Shown here piece after piece: positions 9,601-18,152 of a DNA stretch of 36,375 nucleotides. The translations under genes were made by a program, and so were the position numbers. The stretch comes from Methanothrix sp. (GTDB lineage Archaea; Halobacteriota; Methanosarcinia; Methanotrichales; Methanotrichaceae): contig JBAXWY010000027.1 of assembly GCA_037128175.1 (NCBI GenBank), positions 1 to 36,375 of the forward strand, read 5' to 3'. Within the stretch, counting starts at the first letter, position 1, and each line of letters begins with the position of its first letter. A model generated the notes under the pieces. That model was not told the DNA's origin, did no database searches, and was given only the letters and a program-made list of their open reading frames with translations.

Positions 9601-10980
9601 CACGGCAATGAAAACGCATGGCAGTTGTCGGATTGGTCGATGATGGATTCTGCGCTTACCGGGGCGCATGTAAAGGAGCTAACTCTTTCGCCCCAGACAA
9701 CCACCTCATCTGCCTGTGTTACTGCAAACCTCAAGGGACACTATCTCAATGTGACAGGCACCAGGATGTACATCCCCCTGGACCTGGAGGACTCCATTGC
9801 TCTGTCATTTATAAGAGCGGGATCTGTAAATTATATTGGAGAGTCTGCTCTGTCCTGGATCTTTGTGTCGGAAGATTCCTCGAAGAGGTTTTATCAATCC
9901 CTGGTCTTTGAGAACGCTACGGTAGGAGAGGCCGCCCTTGACGCAGAAAACCTCATGCGATTGAAGTTCCAGAATGCAAAGAAAATCAAGGCGATCTCCG
10001 ATTACGATGAGGCGTTGCCGGAATGGGACACATCAGTTTCCGAAATGCTCAATCAGACGGCCTACATGGATGTCATACTGGGAGACCCCAGCTTCCGGCC
10101 GGCTCTGCAAAAAAATCCAACTCGCCCCTACAGTACCGTGGTGGAGATCGTCAATGCCACGGGCGATAACATGAGCATCGTCAAGGCATCCATAACACCC
10201 ATGAACGAGAGCGCAACCGACTGGATCTACTGGATCGAGACGGATAGCGCCAGCGGAGAGCTCAATCTCAATGCCCCGCCCGCCATCATCGGCGAGGTTT
10301 TGCTGCCCAAAGATGCTGACAAGATCGTGGTTAAGGAAGACGGCCTTTCTGTCTGGCATGATGAATATACGTTAGGAGAAAAAAAGAAGGTAATGTGGCC
10401 CATCATACGGCCAAGGCTTGCTGAGGAGAGAAGCTTTCAGATAGAGTATGTGCTCATCCCAGGCCAGGTTCAGCGCATCAATGTAACGGCAGGCTGGAAT
10501 GCCATAGCCGTATACCTCAAACCGAAAGATGCAAAGGCCTCCAAGTACCTGGCGAATAAGCCCTACCGGAGCATATTCTCCATTGCCGACGAGGGGTGGG
10601 ACTTTGGCATGAAGGATGGGGGCATGATCAATGTGACCAGCTTTTCGCCGGGTGAAGGCTATCTTATCGACAGCGCCGCCAACTTCACCATAGAGATCTA
10701 TGGCAAGCCCGTCGATCTGCCCTATCGCCTCAATTTGCATGCCGGCTGGAATATGATTGGACTTCCTGTGAACAAGACGGTAGATTTAGGCAACATCACC
10801 GTGAATGCCGAGCATAAGAGGTACAAGTATCAGGAAGCGGTAAATAAAGGCCTGGTCTCGGCCTTCATCTGGAAGTATGAGGAGCAGGGCTGGACGCACC
10901 TGGGCAAGAATGAGACGCTAGTGCCGGGAATGGCCTATCTTTTCGAGGCCATGAACGAAGCCAAGCTGGAGTTCCGCTGA
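6625..10980 (+). CDS. Large secreted multidomain protein: CWB2-like repeats, glycoside-hydrolase-like domain, Ig/DUF11-like insert, peptidase C25 (gingipain-like) domain, C-terminal AGWN repeats
   Basis: Signal peptide; GENYSAALIAAPIASYLNWPLLFV (CWB2); CPANQEAR...DGV and CYCNVCKEKF (GH-like TIM barrel); YLMVVGDP, VAVGRI, HHGN, SSAC and ILGDP (C25); GTGA overlap with the upstream gene. Confidence 0.75.
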   Translation: MRLQYLILFIAILSTTEQCFAQDAPLERGVKGDLDGVILVGADDWHAVIAATPLAIWSLENQTKTLPMLILPKSVQAGDRNGWVEESDLQRYGASAILGTFKAANISTITIHGTGDQVKSLVEAAHKDGLKAYITATLEIPVISEPGAAGDIEELPQARKAMLAEAGLDLTVTDDSRIDKSLLQVANPDIGGNATLYCPANQEARDNLYNLIETLVDDYKADGVVLYNFGFQDENYCYCNVCKEKFYQDTGIDLSKANINSYNQERWTLWKQDQLMMIVNYARNITSDLGPVKLGVAFDNPVDQSRGYNFAKIAKVTDFSIISPLSAQDVGAACQLSEKPVYVRLSDDYLGYVLSTQNVEGGVKYIEDIIKSGASGVAFEYNVVHTPVWSELEPPSLAAHWLLGQLGGKTLAIGNVSWKCDTTVQANNSFDMAEKISRYWKSSPGAVIVGENYSAALIAAPIASYLNWPLLFVNSVLPNETAAALSRLDIKKAVIVGAISPAVRQNLGQMNITLLEGSSEFLAQQMSKRGESPTMVVFTNSHDLSLLPPVPNPVVERTLVDDLLIRTEISPSQVPAEELGEIVRLNITLSNTGKVVLKGVRLLDVFPMGRFIKWPRPQMGEANVTDPYSGQPSNAINAFLNGSMLRWNINRLDPDKSASLNVEVELLYPMDSGWKERLDTGATAAYEGFSYNHTLENLDDGPAINLTYPTWIYSGRTNISWNLFQDASYTALNLYSPEKRSASIKITDIKPDKLYEVRMQMLTPGKWIFNIEAGNDYAHRTKNYTIDVRSNIEALNITAFSHTKVPRLSLVAAHAAAARRAILLDVAKDPQQIDPLIEEQALRQKVDDLKLSPRYLMVVGDPGSLPFISTGLIQKLSEIMEYEVYRDYQLTMNDENYSSVAVGRIMGLSVYDASQLLARTMAYDQLSGSWKNNALVISSPPLSFPQAPTAMRTRDYLKEAGLQVKDLRYEEATYQQVISQMNNGQNIVNFDHHGNENAWQLSDWSMMDSALTGAHVKELTLSPQTTTSSACVTANLKGHYLNVTGTRMYIPLDLEDSIALSFIRAGSVNYIGESALSWIFVSEDSSKRFYQSLVFENATVGEAALDAENLMRLKFQNAKKIKAISDYDEALPEWDTSVSEMLNQTAYMDVILGDPSFRPALQKNPTRPYSTVVEIVNATGDNMSIVKASITPMNESATDWIYWIETDSASGELNLNAPPAIIGEVLLPKDADKIVVKEDGLSVWHDEYTLGEKKKVMWPIIRPRLAEERSFQIEYVLIPGQVQRINVTAGWNAIAVYLKPKDAKASKYLANKPYRSIFSIADEGWDFGMKDGGMINVTSFSPGEGYLIDSAANFTIEIYGKPVDLPYRLNLHAGWNMIGLPVNKTVDLGNITVNAEHKRYKYQEAVNKGLVSAFIWKYEEQGWTHLGKNETLVPGMAYLFEAMNEAKLEFR

Positions 10981-11000
10981 AAGTATCATCAGCCGAACTC

Positions 11001-11020
11001 TTTTTTTTGGTTTTTTTTTT
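11001..11020 (+). terminator. Oligo(T) archaeal terminator
   Basis: T8-GG-T10 starting 20 bp after the stop codon of the 1451-aa gene, between convergent genes. Confidence 0.7.
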
Positions 11021-11029
11021 AAGATTTAG

Positions 11030-11959
11030 CTATTTCTTTCTATGCAGCTCTCGGATCATCTCTCGGTGCATAGATGCCATCATATCTCCCTGCATGCCTA
11101 TCAGAAATAGCTGGAAGCCTACGATAATCAGGATGGCTGTCAGGATGGTGAGGGGGATGTGCTCGATGCGCCAGTAAAGCCAGTCTCGGGCAACAAATAG
11201 GCCGATGAGAAACCCGGCCAGACCAAAGAATGAGCCGATCAGGCCGAAGTAGAACATGGGATTTTCGGTCTTGGCCATGCGGAAGATGGTTAGTATGATC
11301 TTTAGGCCGTCGCGGAAAGGATGAAGCTTGGTCTTGGTGCCGGCCGGCCGTGGCATGTAGGTAATAGGCACCTCGATGATACGAAGGCCCTTTTTCACGC
11401 TCTCAATGGTTATCTCCGACTCGATCTCAAAGCCCGGCGTAGAAAGGTCCAGGCGGCGAATGCCTTCCCTGGTGAACGCCCGGTAGCCGGAGAGAATGTC
11501 GGTTAAGTGAACGCGATAGATGGTGGCGAAGAAGAGGTTGATCATCTTATTGCCGAACATGTTCAGCCCCTTTAAGGCTCCACCCTGCACATTTCCCAGC
11601 CGATTTCCCACGACGTGGTCTGCCTTTCCCTGCAAAACCGGCTCCAGGACGCTTGCGGCCTCGGAAGGAAGGTAGGTGCCGTCCCCGTCGATGAGAAGGA
11701 TAAACTCTTCTTCGATCTCTGCGAAGACCTCTTTTAGAGCCTGGCCCTTACCCGATCCGGACTGGATGAAGATGCGTGCACCGGCTTCTCTGGCTTTGGC
11801 AACGGTGCCGTCAGTGCTGTGGCCGTCCGCCACCAGAATGTTTTCGAAGCCCATGGCTTTGAATTCCCGGATGACAGGCTCGATGGACTCCTCTTCATTG
11901 AGGGTGGGTATGAGAACGCAAACGTCTTTGTAGCTCAAGGCTAGATCAGCTCTGTACAA
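11030..11959 (-). CDS. aglJ: GT2 glycosyltransferase, AglJ-type (dolichol-phosphate hexosyltransferase for S-layer N-glycosylation)
   Basis: VCVLIPTLNEE, DGHSTDGT, QSGSGKGQA, DGDGTY, DILSGYRA, LHPFRDG, NPMFYFG and two C-terminal TM helices; TTG start. Confidence 0.8.
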   Translation of the reverse strand: MYRADLALSYKDVCVLIPTLNEEESIEPVIREFKAMGFENILVADGHSTDGTVAKAREAGARIFIQSGSGKGQALKEVFAEIEEEFILLIDGDGTYLPSEAASVLEPVLQGKADHVVGNRLGNVQGGALKGLNMFGNKMINLFFATIYRVHLTDILSGYRAFTREGIRRLDLSTPGFEIESEITIESVKKGLRIIEVPITYMPRPAGTKTKLHPFRDGLKIILTIFRMAKTENPMFYFGLIGSFFGLAGFLIGLFVARDWLYWRIEHIPLTILTAILIIVGFQLFLIGMQGDMMASMHREMIRELHRKK

Positions 11960-12017
11960 TGATTATCAGCTAATAGGATGAAGCGGATTAAATAGGTTGC
12001 TTTTCCAAAAAAATGGT

Positions 12018-13331
12018 TCATGCCTTCATGGCCCGGCGGATCAACCCAACGTAGCGCTCCTCCAACTCAGCCATGTCGCCTGCCGCAGTCTCGATAGAAA
12101 GCCGGAGAATAGGCTCGGTGTTGCTAGGACGGATAAGGACGCTATAGGTATCAGTGGTGACCTTCAACCCATCCATGGTATTCGGTTCCATTGCAGCGAG
12201 CGCATCCTTCAACCGTAGCATAACTCCGGCCGGATCCTCGCCAAGATGGATGCTTATCTGTTTGTAGGGATAGTCCGGTATCGCGTCTGCGAGGGCAGAA
12301 AGCTTCTCTCCTTGAGAGATGATTTCGCCTAAGACAAGGCTCATGGCAAACGGATCGTCGGAGTATTGGAACTCTGGAAGGAAGAAATGAGCGCTGGGCT
12401 CAACGCCTAAGACTGCCCCTGAGTCTTTAACTCGGTTAGCTATGAAGACGTCACCTACTCTTTCTCGCTCAACTTTTATGCCAAAGGGTTCAAGTTCTTT
12501 TTCGAGGATCATGGAACAATCCAGACCCGCAATTATCGTGTCTCCTGAATTATACCTTCTCTTTGAAATGATTATTGCGACTTTTTCAGGAGTTACGATT
12601 CGCCCGAGATCATCAATTATAAGGCCACGATCCGCATCAGCATCAAATCCGACACCATAATCTGCATTATGGCTTATGACATATTTTGAAGCTTCTTGCA
12701 GTGATTTTTCAGTTGGTGCTGAGCCTCTGCCGGGAAACATGCCATCTTGGGAGCCGTTAATAACAAGAGGATTGCAGTTTAATTCTTGATAAAATGAATC
12801 CATTAGGCAAGCAGATCCATTTCCCATATCTAATACAATTTTCAATTCGTCGATTATATTAATTTTATTACTAACATAATTTTTATATCGCGAAATAGAT
12901 TCATTAACATTACATTTTTTTTCTAAGCCGACCCCGTTCCTAAATTCGCTATTATTATAATAATCCATTATGTCTGTTTTAGAGTACAGCATTCCGTATC
13001 CCATGCTAGTACGAAACCTTACACCATTGTATTCCGGTGGGTTATGCGAAGCAGAAATATAAGCGGCTGCGTTACGATTATCGGCTTGTGTCATGAAACT
13101 CAGGAGAGGTATAGGTATAACTTCGTAGTTGTCCGCATTACAACCAGTGCTAAGTATCCCTTTTAAAAAAGCTCCCTGCAAAGATGGGCCGCTAATGCGG
13201 GTATCTCGCCCAAGTAATATTGTCCCGCCTTCGTAGCAAGAACCAAAGGCTTTGCCAATATTCTCAAAAGTATTCTCTGAAAATTCAGTGCCGTAGATAC
13301 CCCTAACATCATATGCTCGAAATATTGTCAC
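12018..13331 (-). CDS. Phosphomannomutase/phosphoglucomutase (alpha-D-phosphohexomutase)
   Basis: FRAYDVRG, SASHNPPEYNG (phosphoserine loop), FDADADR (metal loop), RPSNTEP. Confidence 0.9.
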   Translation of the reverse strand: MTIFRAYDVRGIYGTEFSENTFENIGKAFGSCYEGGTILLGRDTRISGPSLQGAFLKGILSTGCNADNYEVIPIPLLSFMTQADNRNAAAYISASHNPPEYNGVRFRTSMGYGMLYSKTDIMDYYNNSEFRNGVGLEKKCNVNESISRYKNYVSNKINIIDELKIVLDMGNGSACLMDSFYQELNCNPLVINGSQDGMFPGRGSAPTEKSLQEASKYVISHNADYGVGFDADADRGLIIDDLGRIVTPEKVAIIISKRRYNSGDTIIAGLDCSMILEKELEPFGIKVERERVGDVFIANRVKDSGAVLGVEPSAHFFLPEFQYSDDPFAMSLVLGEIISQGEKLSALADAIPDYPYKQISIHLGEDPAGVMLRLKDALAAMEPNTMDGLKVTTDTYSVLIRPSNTEPILRLSIETAAGDMAELEERYVGLIRRAMKA

Positions 13332-13510
13332 AATCTCCGACTAATGCTAATTAGATAAAAAAAGTTTTCCATTATATCATTTACCAGGATCCAGCGGGAA
13401 TAGCGGGAAGACGGAAACTGTTGAATGAAATCGTCATGCTCGCCTCTTCAGCCGTCTTTTTTCTGGCCCAACCAAAAGTTCCATCAACCCCTTGTGCCAT
13501 CCTCCCATCC

Positions 13511-14854
13511 ATGTCTATTCACCCTATTGAATTTCGATACGGCACCAAAGAGATGAAGGATATCTGGGAAGAGGACTATCGGCTCCGCTGTCTCTTTCGC
13601 GTGGAAGCGGCCCTCTCTCAAGCTGAAGAAGAGCTTGGCATGATCCCTCAGGGCGCAGCAGCGGAGATCGCCGCCGCTGCCGAGTCAACCCTTCCGGAGA
13701 GGGCCAAGCAGATCGAGGATGAGATCGGCCACGACATGATGGCCACCGTCCTGGCCATGGCAGAGTGCGCTCCCAAGTTTGGGGAGTGGATTCACCTGGG
13801 TGCCACCTCCAACGACATCCTGGATACGGCCACCGGCTTGCAGATCAAGGCCTCCTTGGATGTGCTGGAACCCAAATTGAAGACGCTTCTGGCACTGCTG
13901 CTGGATCTGGCCATAAAGAATAAAAGCCTGGTCTGTGCCGGTCGCACACACGGCCAGATTGCTGTACCCACGACCTACGGCCTGCGATTCGCGATCTGGG
14001 CCTCCGAGATCGCGCGCCACATGGAGCGGCTGGAGCAGCTTCGGCCCCGCGCGGCTGTCGGCAAGATGAGCGGCGCCGTGGGCACTCAGGCCGCCTTCGG
14101 ACTCAAAGGAATGGAGATTCAGGCGCGGGTCATGCAGCACCTCGGGCTTACCGAAGTGGATGTCTCGAACCAAGTGGTGCAGCGCGACCGGCATGCAGAA
14201 ATGATCTGCTGGATGGCGCTCGTGGCCTCCACTCTGGACAAGATCTTTGTAGAGATGCGCACCTTGCAGCGCACAGAGATTGCTGAGGTGGAGGAGGGCT
14301 TCGGCAAAAAGCAGGTAGGCTCCTCTACCATGCCTCACAAGAGAAATCCAATTAAGTCTGAGCAGATCTGCGGCCTTTCCAGAATAGTGCGAGCACAAAT
14401 CCTGCCCGCCTTTGAGAACATTCCTCTCTGGGATGAGCGCGATCTGACCAACAGTAGCTCTGAGCGCATCATCTTTCCGGAGGCTTTCATCTTCACCGAC
14501 CACCTCATCACCTTGGCCACGCGCACGCTGAGCAGGATGTCGCTTCGGCCTGAGAATATTGAGCGCAATTTGACAATGCTGCACGGACTGAATATGGCAG
14601 AGAACGTGATGGTGGAGCTGGCCAAGAAGGGCGTGGGCCGGCAGCAGGCACACGAGATCATGCGCCAGAGCTCGATGGCTGCCTTCGAGCAAAAGAGGGA
14701 GCTGGCAGAGATCCTTTTAGAGAACGAGACAGTAGTTGCATACCTCAATGCCAAGGATATAGAGGCAATGCTGGATCCGCACCAGTATATCGGCACAGCC
14801 GTGGCTCAGGTAGAGAGGCTCTACGAGAAGCTGCAAAAGCTCTATCTTGCCTGA
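13511..14854 (+). CDS. purB: Adenylosuccinate lyase
   Basis: IHLGATSND, GRTHGQ, GSSTMPHKRNP. Start set at ATG 13511 (MSIHPIEFRYG), not the upstream TTG at 13421. Confidence 0.95.
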   Translation: MSIHPIEFRYGTKEMKDIWEEDYRLRCLFRVEAALSQAEEELGMIPQGAAAEIAAAAESTLPERAKQIEDEIGHDMMATVLAMAECAPKFGEWIHLGATSNDILDTATGLQIKASLDVLEPKLKTLLALLLDLAIKNKSLVCAGRTHGQIAVPTTYGLRFAIWASEIARHMERLEQLRPRAAVGKMSGAVGTQAAFGLKGMEIQARVMQHLGLTEVDVSNQVVQRDRHAEMICWMALVASTLDKIFVEMRTLQRTEIAEVEEGFGKKQVGSSTMPHKRNPIKSEQICGLSRIVRAQILPAFENIPLWDERDLTNSSSERIIFPEAFIFTDHLITLATRTLSRMSLRPENIERNLTMLHGLNMAENVMVELAKKGVGRQQAHEIMRQSSMAAFEQKRELAEILLENETVVAYLNAKDIEAMLDPHQYIGTAVAQVERLYEKLQKLYLA

Positions 14855-14856
14855 GG

Positions 14857-15498
14857 ATGGGAAAAAAGGAGAAAAGGAAAGTGCCAGGAAAGCCCGCGGT
14901 ATTCCTTCTTAAATCCGGCTCGATTGATTGGGACGAGGACGGTCGGATCTTAGACGCTCGATCTTCAGTGACCATGATAATCAACGGACGGCATAAGATT
15001 ATAGTGGACAGCGGCCTAATGGGTGAAGAAGAGCCGCTTTGCAAGGCATTGGCAGAGCTTGGCGTAGAGCCGGAGGAGATTGACGGCATTGTCAATACCC
15101 ATTCCCATCCGGACCATTGTGGCAACAACCATCTATTTTCCGGAGCCAAGGTCCTGACTGCAAAGGAGGGAGATGTCATTGCACCCGGCGTTTGGGTCCT
15201 GGCAACTCCCGGCCACAGCATGGACAGCGTTTCCGTCGTAGTTGAGATGCAGATGAAAACAATAGTAATATCAGGTGATGCCCTTCCTACCTTGGGAAAC
15301 TTCCTGAAAAAAGTTCCGCCTGCCTTACATGTCGATTATGATCTGGCCGTGGCCAGCATGCTGAGAATATTGGCACTTGCTGACTATGTAGTTCCTGGAC
15401 ACGATTTTCCCTTCTCTATCCCGAGAAGGGCATACGTCCCCCTTCCCTTCAGAATGGGATCCGGCGATGGTAGTGCAGGCTCTAAGCTCACGGATTAA
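14857..15498 (+). CDS. Metallo-beta-lactamase-fold hydrolase
   Basis: THSHPDHCGN (HxHxDH), TPGHS, GDA, VPGHD. Confidence 0.88.
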   Translation: MGKKEKRKVPGKPAVFLLKSGSIDWDEDGRILDARSSVTMIINGRHKIIVDSGLMGEEEPLCKALAELGVEPEEIDGIVNTHSHPDHCGNNHLFSGAKVLTAKEGDVIAPGVWVLATPGHSMDSVSVVVEMQMKTIVISGDALPTLGNFLKKVPPALHVDYDLAVASMLRILALADYVVPGHDFPFSIPRRAYVPLPFRMGSGDGSAGSKLTD

Positions 15499-15600
15499 AT
15501 TCTGGCAAAATTGATCCTGCGATCCCTTGTATATGAAGGATAGATATACCCGGAAATCTAAGATTAGGCAACCTATAAATACTTATAAAATGTATATGTT

Positions 15601-16668
15601 ATGCGAATGCAGCTAAAATTGACATCAAAGGAGAGGTTAGTTCTTTATGGTCTTGCCAGATATCCGGGGCTCAGTGACATAGATCTCGCTTCTAATATTG
15701 GCGTTGATCGCTCAACAATATTCAAGAGCAAAAGAAAGTTTAGAGATTGGAAACTCATAAAACTTTTAAATGTGCCTTCCGGAGAAGCTGTAGGTGCCGA
15801 AATCCTGACCTCCGTCTTCGTGAAATACAATCCGACTGCTCCCTTTGAGGTAAGAAAGGGTTCCCCCTCTTATCAGAATTGGGTGAATTATCCCAATTGC
15901 GTCTCACACATCGCCACAGATACTGATTCAGTATCAACGTTCTACTCTCGAAGTCTCACTGACTTCCGGGTGAACTTCGATCCTATAATCGACGAATACT
16001 ACCGGAACGATTTTGTGGAGGATATTCATAACTTCCATTATCCCTTCCAGGTCTCCAGCTACTCGGCTGATGCTGCTCTCGCGGTAGACGGCCTCTTTGA
16101 TCTCACCAGATCCGATCTTTCTGGGGAGATAATACCACCCAAGGCCGCTTTAACTGAGGACTCCCGCCTCACAGAGAAGGACAAGCTCACGCTCTACGCC
16201 TTTGTGAAGTATCCCATGCTCTCCGACCTGGAGCTTTCCCGGAGGACGGGCATCTCCCGGCCCACCATCTCTGGAAAGCGAACCAAGTTCTTCCAGAGCG
16301 GGCTATTGACTCGCGAAGCCTACGTGGATTGGCAAAAGATCTGCTGCGAGCTGATGTCCTTTTATCATGTACGCATCAGGCACGGTCACGATCGCGAGGA
16401 TCTTTCCCAGGTTTACCAGGCCTTCCGCAAGATCGGAGCGCCTCTGTACAGCTATCTGCAGCCGGGGGAGATCTTCGGGGCTTTCCTGTCCACAGGCTAT
16501 CCGGATCTAAAGAACCGCATGGATAAGGAGCTTCGCGCTCTCTCTGCCCAGGGCCTCATCGAGGAGCGGCCCATGCTAGTGATCATGCCTCTCACCGAGA
16601 TCAAGGCCAGCAAGATCGATTACGCGCCCATGGTGGCAAAAATGTTGGATGTGAGCAAGGAGATCTGA
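15601..16668 (+). CDS. Internally duplicated winged-HTH (Lrp/AsnC-like) transcriptional regulator
   Basis: Two homologous halves: LTSKERLVLYGLARYPGLSDIDLASNIGVDRSTI and LTEKDKLTLYAFVKYPMLSDLELSRRTGISRPTI. Confidence 0.75.
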   Translation: MRMQLKLTSKERLVLYGLARYPGLSDIDLASNIGVDRSTIFKSKRKFRDWKLIKLLNVPSGEAVGAEILTSVFVKYNPTAPFEVRKGSPSYQNWVNYPNCVSHIATDTDSVSTFYSRSLTDFRVNFDPIIDEYYRNDFVEDIHNFHYPFQVSSYSADAALAVDGLFDLTRSDLSGEIIPPKAALTEDSRLTEKDKLTLYAFVKYPMLSDLELSRRTGISRPTISGKRTKFFQSGLLTREAYVDWQKICCELMSFYHVRIRHGHDREDLSQVYQAFRKIGAPLYSYLQPGEIFGAFLSTGYPDLKNRMDKELRALSAQGLIEERPMLVIMPLTEIKASKIDYAPMVAKMLDVSKEI

Positions 16669-17507
16669 AGATTGCATTTCCTCGCGAGATTGCCGTAGTC
16701 TGCTCCAGGGCAGATCCGGCAAGCCTCAATATTTATGAGCGTCTGCAGGAGTTGCTGCCCTGGCAGTGCAAAGAGGGCTACAGTTTTTACGGTCGATGGC
16801 TACTGATAATTCACGATGAAAAGCAGACACGCTTAAGCGGGCTGGATGAGCGGCTGGCCGATTTAGGATTGCAGCCAAAGATGGTGGTCTTTGCCAGCCG
16901 GCATGAGGCGAAAGCCGGTTTGCCATGGCTGGGTGGGCATTTCACGGGCATACAAGAAGACGGCCAAAGCAAGCTTTCTGCGACGGCATCCTCTGGCCTG
17001 AGGTCATTTTTGCATAACATTGCCAATCAAACTCTACCCGGTTTTGCGGTATCTGCCGAGGCCACTCATCACGGGCCGGTGGACTTGAAGACGCCCTGCT
17101 TTTTTGCTGAGATAGGCAGCACTCTGAAGGAATGGCAGGATCGGCAGGCAGGGGAGGCGGTAGCCAGGGCAATTTTAGCCCTGGAGACAAAGGAGCTTCC
17201 TGTATTCCTGGGCTTTGGCGGCGGGCACTATATGGCCAGGCAGACGGATCTCATGTTCAAGGCGGCGGTGGCCTTCGGGCATCTTTTCTCTAATTACCAG
17301 ATGGCAGGAGTAAATCGGGATTTAGTGGAGGAGGCATGCCAGAAATCGAAAGCTACCTATGCCTATCTTGATAGAAAGTCCCTCCGCTCTGAGGAGAGAA
17401 AGAGGATTGAGGGGATTTTAGCTGAGATGGATTTGCCAGTGCTAAGAAGCCGGGAGATTCGAGCCAAATTCCCACTGCAGGGAACAGATCATTCGACTCC
17501 GGCATAA
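16665..17507 (+). CDS. dtdA: D-aminoacyl-tRNA deacylase (archaeal DtdA/DTD2)
   Basis: FASRH, EATHHGP, FAEIGS, GFGGGHY, FGH. The conserved N-terminus IAVVCSRADPASLNI lies in frame upstream of the track start (16752), so the start is proposed at CTG 16665. Confidence 0.85.
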   Translation: MKIAFPREIAVVCSRADPASLNIYERLQELLPWQCKEGYSFYGRWLLIIHDEKQTRLSGLDERLADLGLQPKMVVFASRHEAKAGLPWLGGHFTGIQEDGQSKLSATASSGLRSFLHNIANQTLPGFAVSAEATHHGPVDLKTPCFFAEIGSTLKEWQDRQAGEAVARAILALETKELPVFLGFGGGHYMARQTDLMFKAAVAFGHLFSNYQMAGVNRDLVEEACQKSKATYAYLDRKSLRSEERKRIEGILAEMDLPVLRSREIRAKFPLQGTDHSTPA

Positions 17508-17534
17508 AACGCAGAATTGTAGAAAAACAGCTAA

Positions 17535-17621
17535 CTCTTCGCTATTTCCAATAGCTCCTCAGAGAATACTATGTTTTTCCAGTTATTAGTTAGTCGCTCT
17601 GTGTCTCTGTGGTTGAATCGT
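17535..17621 (+). repeat. Dispersed repeat family B, copy 1
   Basis: CTCTTCGCTATTTCCA...TACTATGTTTTTCCAGTTATTAGTTAGTCGCTCTGTGTCTCTGTGGTTGAATCGT aligns with 36001-36111 and the reverse complement of 24265-24390. Confidence 0.85.
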
Positions 17622-17789
17622 ATACTTCTTGTAAAATATTTTAATATAAATTAATCGAGTAATAGATTTACTTTTATCAGGATTTATATCAATATTTACC
17701 TGCAAAAAGTACATATCAACAAAAAGATTTTATACCAAAAGAACGCCATTACAGTATATCAAAATAAATTAAGTTTTAATTCAGGCCCA

Positions 17790-18131
17790 GTGGTAAAAAT
17801 GTCAAAAAATTCAGGGAATAGCCCCACCAACAACTTCTCTGCCCTGCAAGAGAGAGCACTTGATCTCATCGGCTCACGAGGAAGCGGCCTGTTTCAATCG
17901 GAGCTGCGTCGTCTCATGTCCATCGACAGCAGCAAGTGCTCGAAGATTGTGTGCAAGATGCAGAGTTCCGGTCTCATCTACCGAGAAAAGGTTCCAGCCA
18001 GCAGCACCTATCTGATAAAGCTCACCCGTCCCGCCCAGGAGATCTCTTTCGACAAACCGGCTCGCCGCAACATCGATAGCTACTTAACTGAGTTCTATCT
18101 GCTCTACTTGGTGCGCGGCATCTCTGGCTAG
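17790..18131 (+). CDS. Winged-helix protein resembling the N-terminal domain of archaeal TFE-beta/Rpc34 homologues
   Basis: ALDLIGSRGSGLFQSELRRLMSIDSSKCSKIV...GLIYREKV...TYLIK; start may be ATG 17799. Confidence 0.65.
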   Translation: MVKMSKNSGNSPTNNFSALQERALDLIGSRGSGLFQSELRRLMSIDSSKCSKIVCKMQSSGLIYREKVPASSTYLIKLTRPAQEISFDKPARRNIDSYLTEFYLLYLVRGISG

Positions 18132-18152
18132 GGGCCGCAGGGGCTTATTGCA

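Noticed and set aside
13421-13510. 30-aa N-terminal extension on PurB
   Set aside because: ORF-caller artefact from an upstream TTG; the conserved sequence starts at ATG 13511.
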